A DNA stretch of 64,000 nucleotides from an archaeon (GTDB lineage Archaea; Nanobdellota; Nanobdellia; Woesearchaeales; GCA-2686295). Below the pieces are notes generated by a model. That model was given only the letters and a program-made list of their open reading frames with translations, did no database searches and was not told where the DNA came from. The position numbers and the translations under genes were made by a program. The DNA lies in contig JBDRGV010000051.1 in assembly GCA_043817405.1 (NCBI GenBank), forward strand, positions 1,960-65,959, given 5' to 3'. Below are positions 55,870 to 64,000 of this stretch, in pieces; position 1 is the first letter of the stretch, and each line of letters opens with the position of its first letter.

Positions 55870-57801
55870 ATGAAATTTAAAACATTCACACTGGACAAAT
55901 TCCAAGAAGATTCAATTATAGCAATTGAAAATAACAAGTCAGTTCTAGTCTCAGCACCAACCGGCTCTGGAAAAACATTAATCGCAGATTATATCATAGA
56001 CAAATTCCTAAAAGAAAACTCAAGAATCATTTATACCGCACCAATAAAAGCCCTGTCAAACCAGAAATACAAAGAATTCACAGACTCCTACGGCAAAGAC
56101 AAAATCGGTTTAATCACAGGCGATTTAGTTATCAATCCAGACGCACAAATATTGATAATGACCGCCGAAGTATACAGAAACATGACCATTGTCAATGATT
56201 ACGCCCTGGATTCGGTTGCCTATTGCATAATGGATGAAATCCACTACATAAGCGATTACGAAAGAGGTCATGTGTGGGAAGAATCAATAATTTTTAGTCC
56301 AAAACACATAAACTTTTTATTTCTTTCAGCAACAATCCCCAACGCAGAAGAATTTGCATCATGGATTGAAAGCATAAGAGAAACTCCTGTCCAGGTCATA
56401 AAGTCAGACGTTAGACCGGTTCCTTTAGAAAGAAAATTCTATGATTCAGAAATAGGACTTGCAACCCTTGATGAGATACAAAACAAAAAAGAACTGGATA
56501 AATATCCTGACTATAAACATTCCATGAGAGGAAAATATAGATCCGCAAGAGTTCAAAAACCAGACTTCAGAAATCTCATAGCAGAACTTGGAGATAAACT
56601 TCCATGCATATACTTCGTTTTTTCAAGAGCAAAAACAATGGACTATGCAGCAATTCTCGCAACTAAAAAACAATACTTATCACCGGAAGAACAAAAAAAA
56701 GCAATATCCATTGCAAGCAACGAATTCAATAAACTGAATAAAGAAGTACTTTCTTTGAAAACAACACAGAAACTAAGAGCATGCATCCCTAAAGGAGTTG
56801 CTTTCCACAATGCAGGAATACTTCCAGAGTTAAAGCACATCGTTGAAAAACTCTTTTCAGAAGGATTAATTAAAGTATTATTTGCAACCGAAACCTTCGC
56901 AGTCGGAATAAACATGCCTGCAAAAACCGTCTGCTTTGACAGTCTAAGAAAATATACAGATACAGGCTTTAGATACCTGACATCCAAAGAATACTTTCAA
57001 ATCTCAGGAAGAGCCGGCAGAAGAGGAATTGATAAAAAAGGATTGTCGGTTGCAATGATTTTTCGCCCAGGCACAGAAATAGATAGAATAAAAGAATTCA
57101 CCACCGCAGATGTGTTGCCATTAAAATCACAATTCAAACTAACATACAACACTGTTTTGAATATGATTAATCAGCACACAGCCGAAGAAAACACTAAAAT
57201 TCTAACCATGAATTTCTTCACGTACCAAACACTCAAAGGTGCAACGTCAAATAGACTACTGGGATCAATAAAGGCTCGATTCACAAAAGCAACAAAACTA
57301 TTGACCGGACTGGGATATATAAAAAATGATAAACTAACAAACCTGGGAATATTCACAACGAAAATATTCGGAGATGAACTGGAAGTTTCCCAAATATTCA
57401 ACGGTGAAATAAACCTTGATGAATATACAATATTGCTGCTGCTTGCATCACTGGAATATGAAGGTAAAAGAGACACTAAATTCTACAAAACATTCGGAGA
57501 CTCCAGATCAAGAAAACTCTTTAACAAAATACAAGAAAACCCCCTACTCAGAAGAGGACTGTGGTCTCGAAACATTGACAAGATGACTGCAATTATTCAC
57601 CCACTATACAATCAAAAAAAGTTCCTTGAAATACTAAAAAACACCACCATGCTCGAAGGCGACCTAATAAGAATTCTGATGCGTGTAATGGACAAACTAG
57701 AACAAATAGGCAAAGCGACCAACAATGACAAACACAAAGCAATGGTTAATAACTGCAAAGAAATAATCAAGAAATCACTAGAAGGAATACATTTGTTCTA
57801 A
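55870..57801 (+). CDS. Ski2/Mtr4-like DExH-box helicase (short form)
   Basis: SAPTGSGKT (motif I), YTAPIKALSNQKY (Ski2-type Ia), DEIHY (II), SAT (III), QISGRAGRRGID (VI). Confidence 0.75.
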   Translation: MKFKTFTLDKFQEDSIIAIENNKSVLVSAPTGSGKTLIADYIIDKFLKENSRIIYTAPIKALSNQKYKEFTDSYGKDKIGLITGDLVINPDAQILIMTAEVYRNMTIVNDYALDSVAYCIMDEIHYISDYERGHVWEESIIFSPKHINFLFLSATIPNAEEFASWIESIRETPVQVIKSDVRPVPLERKFYDSEIGLATLDEIQNKKELDKYPDYKHSMRGKYRSARVQKPDFRNLIAELGDKLPCIYFVFSRAKTMDYAAILATKKQYLSPEEQKKAISIASNEFNKLNKEVLSLKTTQKLRACIPKGVAFHNAGILPELKHIVEKLFSEGLIKVLFATETFAVGINMPAKTVCFDSLRKYTDTGFRYLTSKEYFQISGRAGRRGIDKKGLSVAMIFRPGTEIDRIKEFTTADVLPLKSQFKLTYNTVLNMINQHTAEENTKILTMNFFTYQTLKGATSNRLLGSIKARFTKATKLLTGLGYIKNDKLTNLGIFTTKIFGDELEVSQIFNGEINLDEYTILLLLASLEYEGKRDTKFYKTFGDSRSRKLFNKIQENPLLRRGLWSRNIDKMTAIIHPLYNQKKFLEILKNTTMLEGDLIRILMRVMDKLEQIGKATNNDKHKAMVNNCKEIIKKSLEGIHLF

Positions 57802-57835
57802 AATTCTTAATAAAGAAAACTTTTTATAATATAAC

Positions 57836-59296
57836 ATGTTTTCTATGCCTATGAAAAAATTATTTTTAGTAATACTAATATTTTTGTTGATTCCTTTTTC
57901 TTTTGCAGTAACTCCCGTTGATGTTGGCATTTGTGATAAAAGCTTGGAAGCAGCCGATGCACAGGTTCAAAGCTGCATCGATACCTGTACCATTGAAAGT
58001 AAACCTGCATTGGATGCCTATAATATAAAACAAGCAGAGTTGGAAGGTATTTCTAATGATCCTGTGAACAACTGTGAAGGCTACGCCGCATGTAGTTCAT
58101 TCTGCCAAAATAAAGACTATGGATTTGATCCTGACGATGAAACTCTTAATCCTGCAATAGTTCTTAGTGCTATGGCATCATGTTTAGAAGAAACATGTCC
58201 TGACGCAATAGCCACCTGTGAAGCTCGAAAGGTTCAACTTCAACAGGGAATAGGTAATGACTTTTATTATGCTTACAAATGTGTTTGTGAAAGCTGTATT
58301 TTACCAGGATGCAGATATCAAAAGATGAGTGCCTGTGCTGAACTAACAGGTTTTTGTGATGAAGTAAGAAAATCTGCTTTTAACGCAGCATATGGAAGTT
58401 CTGTTAAATCTTGGATTGGTTGTAATAGTTCAACAACAAACATTGCAATTCTAACTAAAATTGGAACCGCCGGATTAACCGGAGATACAAAAGAACCAAA
58501 AAAAGAACCCGAACCAGATCCTAAAATAACAACTCCAGATAATAAGCCAATCACAACACCAAAAGAACCAGAGAAAAAGCTAACCGTGAAACAAGAACAG
58601 AAAAAACAAGAAAACCAACAGCAAATTCAAAAAATAAAAAACAAACCAAAAGTTGAAGTTATTGAAGTAAATACTCCTGAAGGAAAAAAAGAAATTATTC
58701 TTAACAATCCTGATAATTCAAAACCAGACATTGTTGATAAGGCCAAGTATCACTTAAAAAACGAAATAAAAACATCAATATCAGACAAAATTGGAGACAT
58801 ACCCATAATTGGACCCTACAAGGATTACATTGTTAAATTCTTTGAGGATCAACAGAGTGATGAAACAAAAACAACTGACACTCAAATTCAACTTGGATCT
58901 TCTAAAAAGGGGGCTCAATTATTTAATATGGTAGATGGAACTGGTGATAAAGAACTATCCTTGTCTCCTGGGAAAAATCTAATACCTTCAACTCCCCTGA
59001 CAAAACCCTATGAATGGGTACTAAATGAATTAGGTTTCGTCGTTAAAAAATCAATGGCTAAGGGATTAGAAAAAGAATATGCTTTTGCTCTAAATGTCGC
59101 AAGACTTCAAAGAGAAAAATATGGTTCAAGCTGGTCTCAAACCATTAAGAACACAATCACATTTGTGGGAGAAGAACTAGGCGAAGACCCAGCAGCACAG
59201 ACTTTGGAATCTTTCTCAAAAAAAGAATATCAAAAACAAGACGCAAGAGTTAAGGCATACATTATGCAGATGAAAATGAATGGTGAACTCAAATGA
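57836..59296 (+). CDS. Secreted Cys-rich protein with Pro/Lys/Glu low-complexity linker
   Basis: Signal peptide, 20 or more Cys in the N-terminal domain, linker KEPKKEPEPDPKITTPDNKPITTPKEPEKK. Confidence 0.5.
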   Translation: MFSMPMKKLFLVILIFLLIPFSFAVTPVDVGICDKSLEAADAQVQSCIDTCTIESKPALDAYNIKQAELEGISNDPVNNCEGYAACSSFCQNKDYGFDPDDETLNPAIVLSAMASCLEETCPDAIATCEARKVQLQQGIGNDFYYAYKCVCESCILPGCRYQKMSACAELTGFCDEVRKSAFNAAYGSSVKSWIGCNSSTTNIAILTKIGTAGLTGDTKEPKKEPEPDPKITTPDNKPITTPKEPEKKLTVKQEQKKQENQQQIQKIKNKPKVEVIEVNTPEGKKEIILNNPDNSKPDIVDKAKYHLKNEIKTSISDKIGDIPIIGPYKDYIVKFFEDQQSDETKTTDTQIQLGSSKKGAQLFNMVDGTGDKELSLSPGKNLIPSTPLTKPYEWVLNELGFVVKKSMAKGLEKEYAFALNVARLQREKYGSSWSQTIKNTITFVGEELGEDPAAQTLESFSKKEYQKQDARVKAYIMQMKMNGELK

Positions 59297-60255
59297 AAAT
59301 TAGAACCATAATATTTTGGTTAATCATTTTAGGTATTGGATATTATCTATACACTCATCCTGCAATCATAGAAGATAATTTGCCCATGCTCGAGAATATT
59401 ATTGAAAAGGCCAAAGGAGTATTTAACAATGATTCTCCCCAGGTAAAAGAAATGTCTACATTCATTAAAGATAATGATTTGGAGAGGCTAAAAATAGAAG
59501 ATGGTGATACTGTATTTATCAGATTTAGCACAGATTCAATGGTTACCATAAATCAAGAGATATATGATGTTGCGTTGGAAGCCTATGATATTTTTCAAAA
59601 ACCACTAATAGTAGAAGGATACTTTTTGGAAGAACCATTTTTCCAATTACAAACAACAAATCCAAATGAAGAAGACACATTATTTTTCACAGACATTAGA
59701 ACTTCCGAATTTATGATTGAAAATGATATAATGATTTTTGATGTGTTTGTTGGAAATGTTGAAGTTAAAGACGATGAAGTTTTAGTCGAAGTTGAATACA
59801 TTGGACCTGAAGAAGACTTCTTTGCAGACTATGCAGGCATGTGCTTTGTAATTATTCAGGATGTGCCATGGGTAGAAGACATAACCATAACCTATCTAAA
59901 AAAAGATTTATGCCTATCTATGAAAACAACATCAACAAATGTATTGGAACTTTACGCCGAAGAAATCTCTATGGATAAGTTTCTAGAAAACCTTGAGTTG
60001 GAACAATGCGAACCAAAAGAAACATCTGTTGATGAGAACATGAATGAATATACGGATGATGGCGATGAAAATATAGCAATGGGAGGTTCGGGTTTAGAAT
60101 GCTCAACGGATGTTAAACAAGCATACCAAGAATACATTGCAGCCTATAACAAGCTAGTCTACCTTCAAGGAGATACAGAAGCAGCAGAGGCAGCTTACAT
60201 TCCCTACAAATTCTACAAAGAGTGCTATGAATCACATCCTGAAATGGAAGAGTAG
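59293..60255 (+). CDS. Membrane-anchored acidic protein
   Basis: N-terminal TM; acidic soluble domain. 4-nt overlap with the previous gene. Confidence 0.45.
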   Translation: MKIRTIIFWLIILGIGYYLYTHPAIIEDNLPMLENIIEKAKGVFNNDSPQVKEMSTFIKDNDLERLKIEDGDTVFIRFSTDSMVTINQEIYDVALEAYDIFQKPLIVEGYFLEEPFFQLQTTNPNEEDTLFFTDIRTSEFMIENDIMIFDVFVGNVEVKDDEVLVEVEYIGPEEDFFADYAGMCFVIIQDVPWVEDITITYLKKDLCLSMKTTSTNVLELYAEEISMDKFLENLELEQCEPKETSVDENMNEYTDDGDENIAMGGSGLECSTDVKQAYQEYIAAYNKLVYLQGDTEAAEAAYIPYKFYKECYESHPEMEE

Positions 60256-60265
60256 AAAAAATTAA

Positions 60266-61606
60266 TTATAACATATGTTCTCTAAAATAATTCATGCCTT
60301 TAGGATATTTGTTGATGTTATCTAATGTTTTCTTGAAGTTATCCTTGAGTTTCATGGCTTCTTTCTTTGCAAGCCCCGAAGTTGTTTCATAGCTTATCTT
60401 TGGTTCTAGAACGGTCCTTTCTTCTTCGCTAACATTTGTTATTCCAAAGAGTTTAGGTGAGTTGAACATCTTCGTGTCATGTTGCAATCCAAAAATGCTT
60501 GTTGAAACCAAGTCAATAAACTCTGAGTTTTCTTTCAAGAAATCAATGGTGTCTAAGAATTCTTCTTTTGTTTCTGTAGGAAATCCAAACATTATGTAGG
60601 TCACATTTTTTATTCCACAAAGATGCGAGTTCTTAAGAACTTCTTTCACATCCAATACTCTAGTTCCTTTTTTCATAAGGTCAAGAATTCTTTGGTTTCC
60701 GGACTCAACACCCCAGATAACCATTGTCAAACCTGCTTTTTTCAACTTAGCCAACACTTCAGAAGTATACTCTTTTGTCGGTCTCAATTGACAGGTCCAT
60801 TTTATGTTCAGATCCTTAACAATGTCTGCAAACGCCAATAATCTATTAACATGTATCATGTCATCTATCAGGAAAAAATATTTTTGTTTAGATAATTCTA
60901 TATTTCTCTTAATAATCTCCAAAGGATATTCAACATACTTCACATTTTTATGATGGGTGCAAAAAACGCATTGCTTGTAATAACAACTACTGGATGTTTT
61001 TATTGGAATAACAATTTCAGGAGTGAAGTATTCCTGCAGGTTGTAAACGTCGAATTTAGTTTCATAACCAAAATTAAGTTTTGTTCTATCAATTTTTTTC
61101 TCATTAACAAAATCCAATAGTTCAACCTCATCGGCCAAAGTCTTATCGGCGATTAAACTTAGTTTAGCATTAATGGCCGGACCACCAATGACAGTTTTTA
61201 CTTTGCCTTTCAAAGCTCTGAGCATTGAAAGCGCATAGAATGCCTGACTAGAATAAACAATGCTAAACGCGACCACATCGGGCTGCTTATCGATTATTTG
61301 TTTAAGTAGCTCATCAAATAGCTCAGGGTTTTTTCCATTGACAACCAGTTTGTTATTATCAGAGTAAACCTTTGAACTTTCTTTGAAATAATCGTTAACG
61401 ATTTTATCATAATTAACCCACTTCTTTTTTTCTTGAAAATATTGTTGGTACTTGGGAAATCTTAGTCTGTGAAATTCTAAGTTTAAATCCAGAACATTAA
61501 CCTCTCCTTGATGGTTTGCTTTTAGAAATGAATACATGCCTGTTAAAGAAAAAGGCGGACTTGCAGGTGTGCAAAAAGGCAGATAAACAAGTAAAACAGT
61601 TTTCAT
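60266..61606 (-). CDS. B12-binding-domain radical SAM protein (class B-like)
   Basis: N-terminal B12-binding-like Rossmann region (VLLVYLPF...VVAFSIVYSSQ...TVIGGPAIN). Cys cluster SSSCYYKQCVFC (C-x4-C-x2-C). Start moved to MKTVLL. Confidence 0.7.
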   Translation of the reverse strand: MKTVLLVYLPFCTPASPPFSLTGMYSFLKANHQGEVNVLDLNLEFHRLRFPKYQQYFQEKKKWVNYDKIVNDYFKESSKVYSDNNKLVVNGKNPELFDELLKQIIDKQPDVVAFSIVYSSQAFYALSMLRALKGKVKTVIGGPAINAKLSLIADKTLADEVELLDFVNEKKIDRTKLNFGYETKFDVYNLQEYFTPEIVIPIKTSSSCYYKQCVFCTHHKNVKYVEYPLEIIKRNIELSKQKYFFLIDDMIHVNRLLAFADIVKDLNIKWTCQLRPTKEYTSEVLAKLKKAGLTMVIWGVESGNQRILDLMKKGTRVLDVKEVLKNSHLCGIKNVTYIMFGFPTETKEEFLDTIDFLKENSEFIDLVSTSIFGLQHDTKMFNSPKLFGITNVSEEERTVLEPKISYETTSGLAKKEAMKLKDNFKKTLDNINKYPKGMNYFREHML

Positions 61607-61613
61607 TTTATTA

Positions 61614-62708
61614 TTATGAAATCTCCCTGACATCCAGGTTGAAAAGTTCCTCGATTTTTTCAAATCTCATGCCATCTTCAGGGCAGACAAAAGTTATTGC
61701 GTGACCTTTCTTATCGGTTCTGCCGGTTCTGCCGATTCTATGAATGTAAAACTCAGACCTTGTGGGAACATCATAATTAAGCACCAGGTCAACATTGTCA
61801 ATGTGCAAACCTCTGGCAGCCACATCGGTGGCAACTAGGATTTGTATTCTACCACTCTTAAAAAGGTTAAGATGTTTTAACCTTTCATTCTGAGTCAAAT
61901 TACTGCTAATGGTTTTAACACTAAACTTATTATCGAGAAGAAATTTAGTTATTCCATCACATTTAAGTTTGGTATTGCAGAAAATCAATACTTTCTGAAT
62001 CATCTCATCAGAAAACAATCTAAGAAGAGTCTTGTTCTTATCCAACATTTCACAAAACAATTTTTCTTGAACAATATTCTTAGGAATCTGAGAACCAACG
62101 GTTAAATATTCATAGTCAACAATGATCTCATTCATGAAGTTTTCGACCTTCTCGGTAATGGTTGCTGAAGAAAGAATTATCTGAGCATCATTGCTGGCTC
62201 TTCTCTTCACATAAACACAATCATCAAAGAAACCGTCATCAAACATTTGATCGCTTTCATCGAAAACAAGAAGTTTTACAGCACCGGCTTTAATCTGCTT
62301 ACTGTTAATGTGCTGTATTAATCTTCCGGGAGTTCCAACCATTATATGGTTTCTCTTGGTGGTGGTTTTATAATCATTTGAAATCTCTCGGCCACCATAG
62401 AGCATGCCGACCTTAAAACCCAGGGGATCACAGACTCTCTGAATCTCCTTTCCAACCTGAATACAAAGTTCCCTGGTGGGAACGAGAACAATCATCTGAA
62501 CACCAAGCTTTTTGTTAATCTTACCTAAAAAACCAATGGTAAAAGCCAAAGTCTTACCAGTACCGGTCCTTGAAGTAAAAACGATGTTCTTACCTTGAAG
62601 CGCTAAAGGAATGACTTTCTCTTGAACCTCGAACAGCTCTTTGAACTTCAAAATATCTAAAGCAGATATTACTTCTTTCTTCAATTTAAGCTCTGAAAAT
62701 GATTTCAT
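61614..62708 (-). CDS. DEAD-box RNA helicase
   Basis: Q motif. SRTGTGKTLAF (I), PTRELCIQ (Ib), DESDQM (II; DESD variant of DEAD), SAT (III), HRIGRTGRTDKKG (VI). Confidence 0.85.
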   Translation of the reverse strand: MKSFSELKLKKEVISALDILKFKELFEVQEKVIPLALQGKNIVFTSRTGTGKTLAFTIGFLGKINKKLGVQMIVLVPTRELCIQVGKEIQRVCDPLGFKVGMLYGGREISNDYKTTTKRNHIMVGTPGRLIQHINSKQIKAGAVKLLVFDESDQMFDDGFFDDCVYVKRRASNDAQIILSSATITEKVENFMNEIIVDYEYLTVGSQIPKNIVQEKLFCEMLDKNKTLLRLFSDEMIQKVLIFCNTKLKCDGITKFLLDNKFSVKTISSNLTQNERLKHLNLFKSGRIQILVATDVAARGLHIDNVDLVLNYDVPTRSEFYIHRIGRTGRTDKKGHAITFVCPEDGMRFEKIEELFNLDVREIS

Positions 62709-62800
62709 AGAAAGAACGAGAATAAAATTGTTTAAAAGTGTTGTGATGAAAAACAGATAATTTAAACTAAAAAAAAGAAATGAAAAAAATTATAAAAAAA

Positions 62801-63793
62801 TTAGTATTCAACAGCTCTTGCTAGTCTTTTAGCATGGGCAATCCATTTCTTAATATCAACTACGCCAGGCACAAGTTTGACTAACTTTCGCTTCTTGTTT
62901 ACTTCAACTAATGTTTGATTTAGATTTTCAGGATTTCTATTCTGCAACTCCATTACTGTATCAACACCACAGTCTTCAAGAAGATCTGAATACTCAATAC
63001 CAATTCCACTGATTCTCATTAAATCAACTCTGTTAATCCATTGAAGGATTGTTGATGATTTAAGCTTAAGATCTTTTGCAATATTAACTCTTCCATTGAC
63101 GGTTTTACCTGCATTTAAGAGTTGTTTTAAATTCTTGATTTCTATTTTTTGAAGTTTAGCAGCATTTCTTTTTCCAATTCCTTTAACTGATGCAAGTTCA
63201 TATTTAAGTAAAGGATTTCTTGAAACTTTTTTTACAACCTTCTTTGATGCTTGAACTTTTACACTCTTAACTTTTGGTTTGTTTAAATTAGCCAATATTC
63301 TTGCATTGATTTTCTTTTGCTCACTCTGCATTTTATTTATTGCTCTTGAAAGTAAAACATTTTCTTTTTTAACAGAAGAATAAGCTGATTTAAGTTTGAT
63401 TAACTCTTTTTTGCTTGCTGAGTCTTTACTTTTCAATTTTTTATCAACAGCAACTACTTTTTTGTTAAAATTTGCAATTACGTTTTTTAATCTAATTTCA
63501 AGTTTATTAACTGTTAAACTTTTTTTGTTTAAGGCTGTAAATGAATTTCCTAAGTTTTTAATTACAATTTTTAAACCATTTAATTCATTTGTGGTTGTGT
63601 TTAGTCTTTGTGGAACATTTGATAGCTTGTTTAATCTAACAAAGATATCTTTGTGTTCTATCTTCATTTTTAGAACTAATTTTTCATGTTCTTCTCTGGT
63701 TCTCATAAGAGAATAAACATCATCTTTGACTCTATTAAAAGATCTTATTAACTTTTTGTCCAATTTTGGAAAATTAAAATTCATAGTTATCAC
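62801..63793 (-). CDS. Lys-rich coiled-coil protein with C-terminal tandem helix-hairpin-helix (DUF4332-like)
   Basis: LASVKGIGKRNAAKL and ISGIGIEYSDLLEDCGVDTVMEL are HhH motifs. Confidence 0.5.
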   Translation of the reverse strand: MITMNFNFPKLDKKLIRSFNRVKDDVYSLMRTREEHEKLVLKMKIEHKDIFVRLNKLSNVPQRLNTTTNELNGLKIVIKNLGNSFTALNKKSLTVNKLEIRLKNVIANFNKKVVAVDKKLKSKDSASKKELIKLKSAYSSVKKENVLLSRAINKMQSEQKKINARILANLNKPKVKSVKVQASKKVVKKVSRNPLLKYELASVKGIGKRNAAKLQKIEIKNLKQLLNAGKTVNGRVNIAKDLKLKSSTILQWINRVDLMRISGIGIEYSDLLEDCGVDTVMELQNRNPENLNQTLVEVNKKRKLVKLVPGVVDIKKWIAHAKRLARAVEY

Positions 63794-63903
63794 CTGGGGA
63801 ATAAGAATCCTGTTGTATTTATAAAGTTAACTGGGTGTCACCCCTTGAAAGTGCTAATTTTAAGTTATTTTGTGAATTATTTCTTCTTAATCACAAACAA
63901 GCG

Positions 63904-64000
63904 TTATTCTATTGTAAACCCGCGTTTTTTGAACTCATGAGCATAGAGGTAGAATTTTCCATCTCTAACCGCAGGACAGCGTTCTGAGAATTTCACTGTT
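63904..64000 (-). CDS. C-terminal fragment of an unidentified gene running off the window end
   Basis: Minus-strand frame open from the window edge to TAA at 63904-63906 (translation ...TVKFSERCPAVRDGKFYLYAHEFKKRGFTIE). Confidence 0.3.
   Translation of the reverse strand, partial: TVKFSERCPAVRDGKFYLYAHEFKKRGFTIE

Noticed and set aside
1-64000. tRNA, rRNA, CRISPR arrays, transposases/integrases
   Set aside because: I scanned the GC-richer intergenic patches and found no cloverleaf-compatible segments or T-loop GTTCRAATC motifs. There are no regularly spaced short direct repeats and no DDE/tyrosine recombinase-like ORFs. Only a tRNA/CRISPR-finding program could detect them more sensitively.

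Overview
AT-rich, gene-dense prokaryotic fragment, most likely from an uncultivated archaeon (possibly DPANN-like). Evidence for archaeal origin: many genes carry TATA-like boxes (TTTATAAA / CTTTATAT) 22-30 nt upstream of ATG with no leader, while others have GGAGG/GAGGTG Shine-Dalgarno sites; and the gene set includes archaeal-type NMN adenylyltransferase (NadM), an HTH_10 regulator, DUF134/DUF5320, a Ski2-like helicase and rubrerythrin. I found no rRNA, tRNA, CRISPR array, transposase or integrase. Layout: (i) 1-7.2 kb is an NAD(P) salvage/recycling cluster (PncA, a NadE-Nudix fusion, NadM, ADP-ribosylglycohydrolase, NAD kinase) with an embedded Ser/Thr kinase, a vWA (TerY-like) protein and a truncated pyruvate-kinase-like protein. 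This is the best candidate for an undescribed functional system. (ii) 7-28 kb holds mixed housekeeping and unknown genes: two SufE-like paralogs, a 2H phosphoesterase, rubrerythrin, a metallophosphoesterase, a DUF5320x2-DUF134-CcdA-like operon, SelU, Cys-rich secreted proteins and a transglutaminase-like protein. (iii) 23.9-40.5 kb is an accessory island: PIN, RHH, a toxin-like/Zn-ribbon-AbrB pair, two Fic paralogs, MNT-HEPN, RelE/antitoxin, a nitroreductase plus a decayed duplicate, an HTH_10 regulator and MntP. Several short intergenic DNA motifs recur across this island. (iv) 40.9-44.8 kb encodes a 1312-aa secreted thermolysin-like (HExxH) protease with PKD/cadherin-like repeats, flanked by 19-21-nt direct repeats. 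(v) 45-55 kb is an ion-homeostasis and envelope-stress block (ArsR, CBS, P-type ATPase, MscS, CorA, HtpX, LemA, CPA2 antiporter). (vi) 55.9-63.8 kb carries a Ski2-like helicase, a B12-type radical SAM protein, a DEAD-box helicase and an HhH protein. Derived coordinates (motifs, re-called starts, small ORFs) may be off by +/-1-3 nt.
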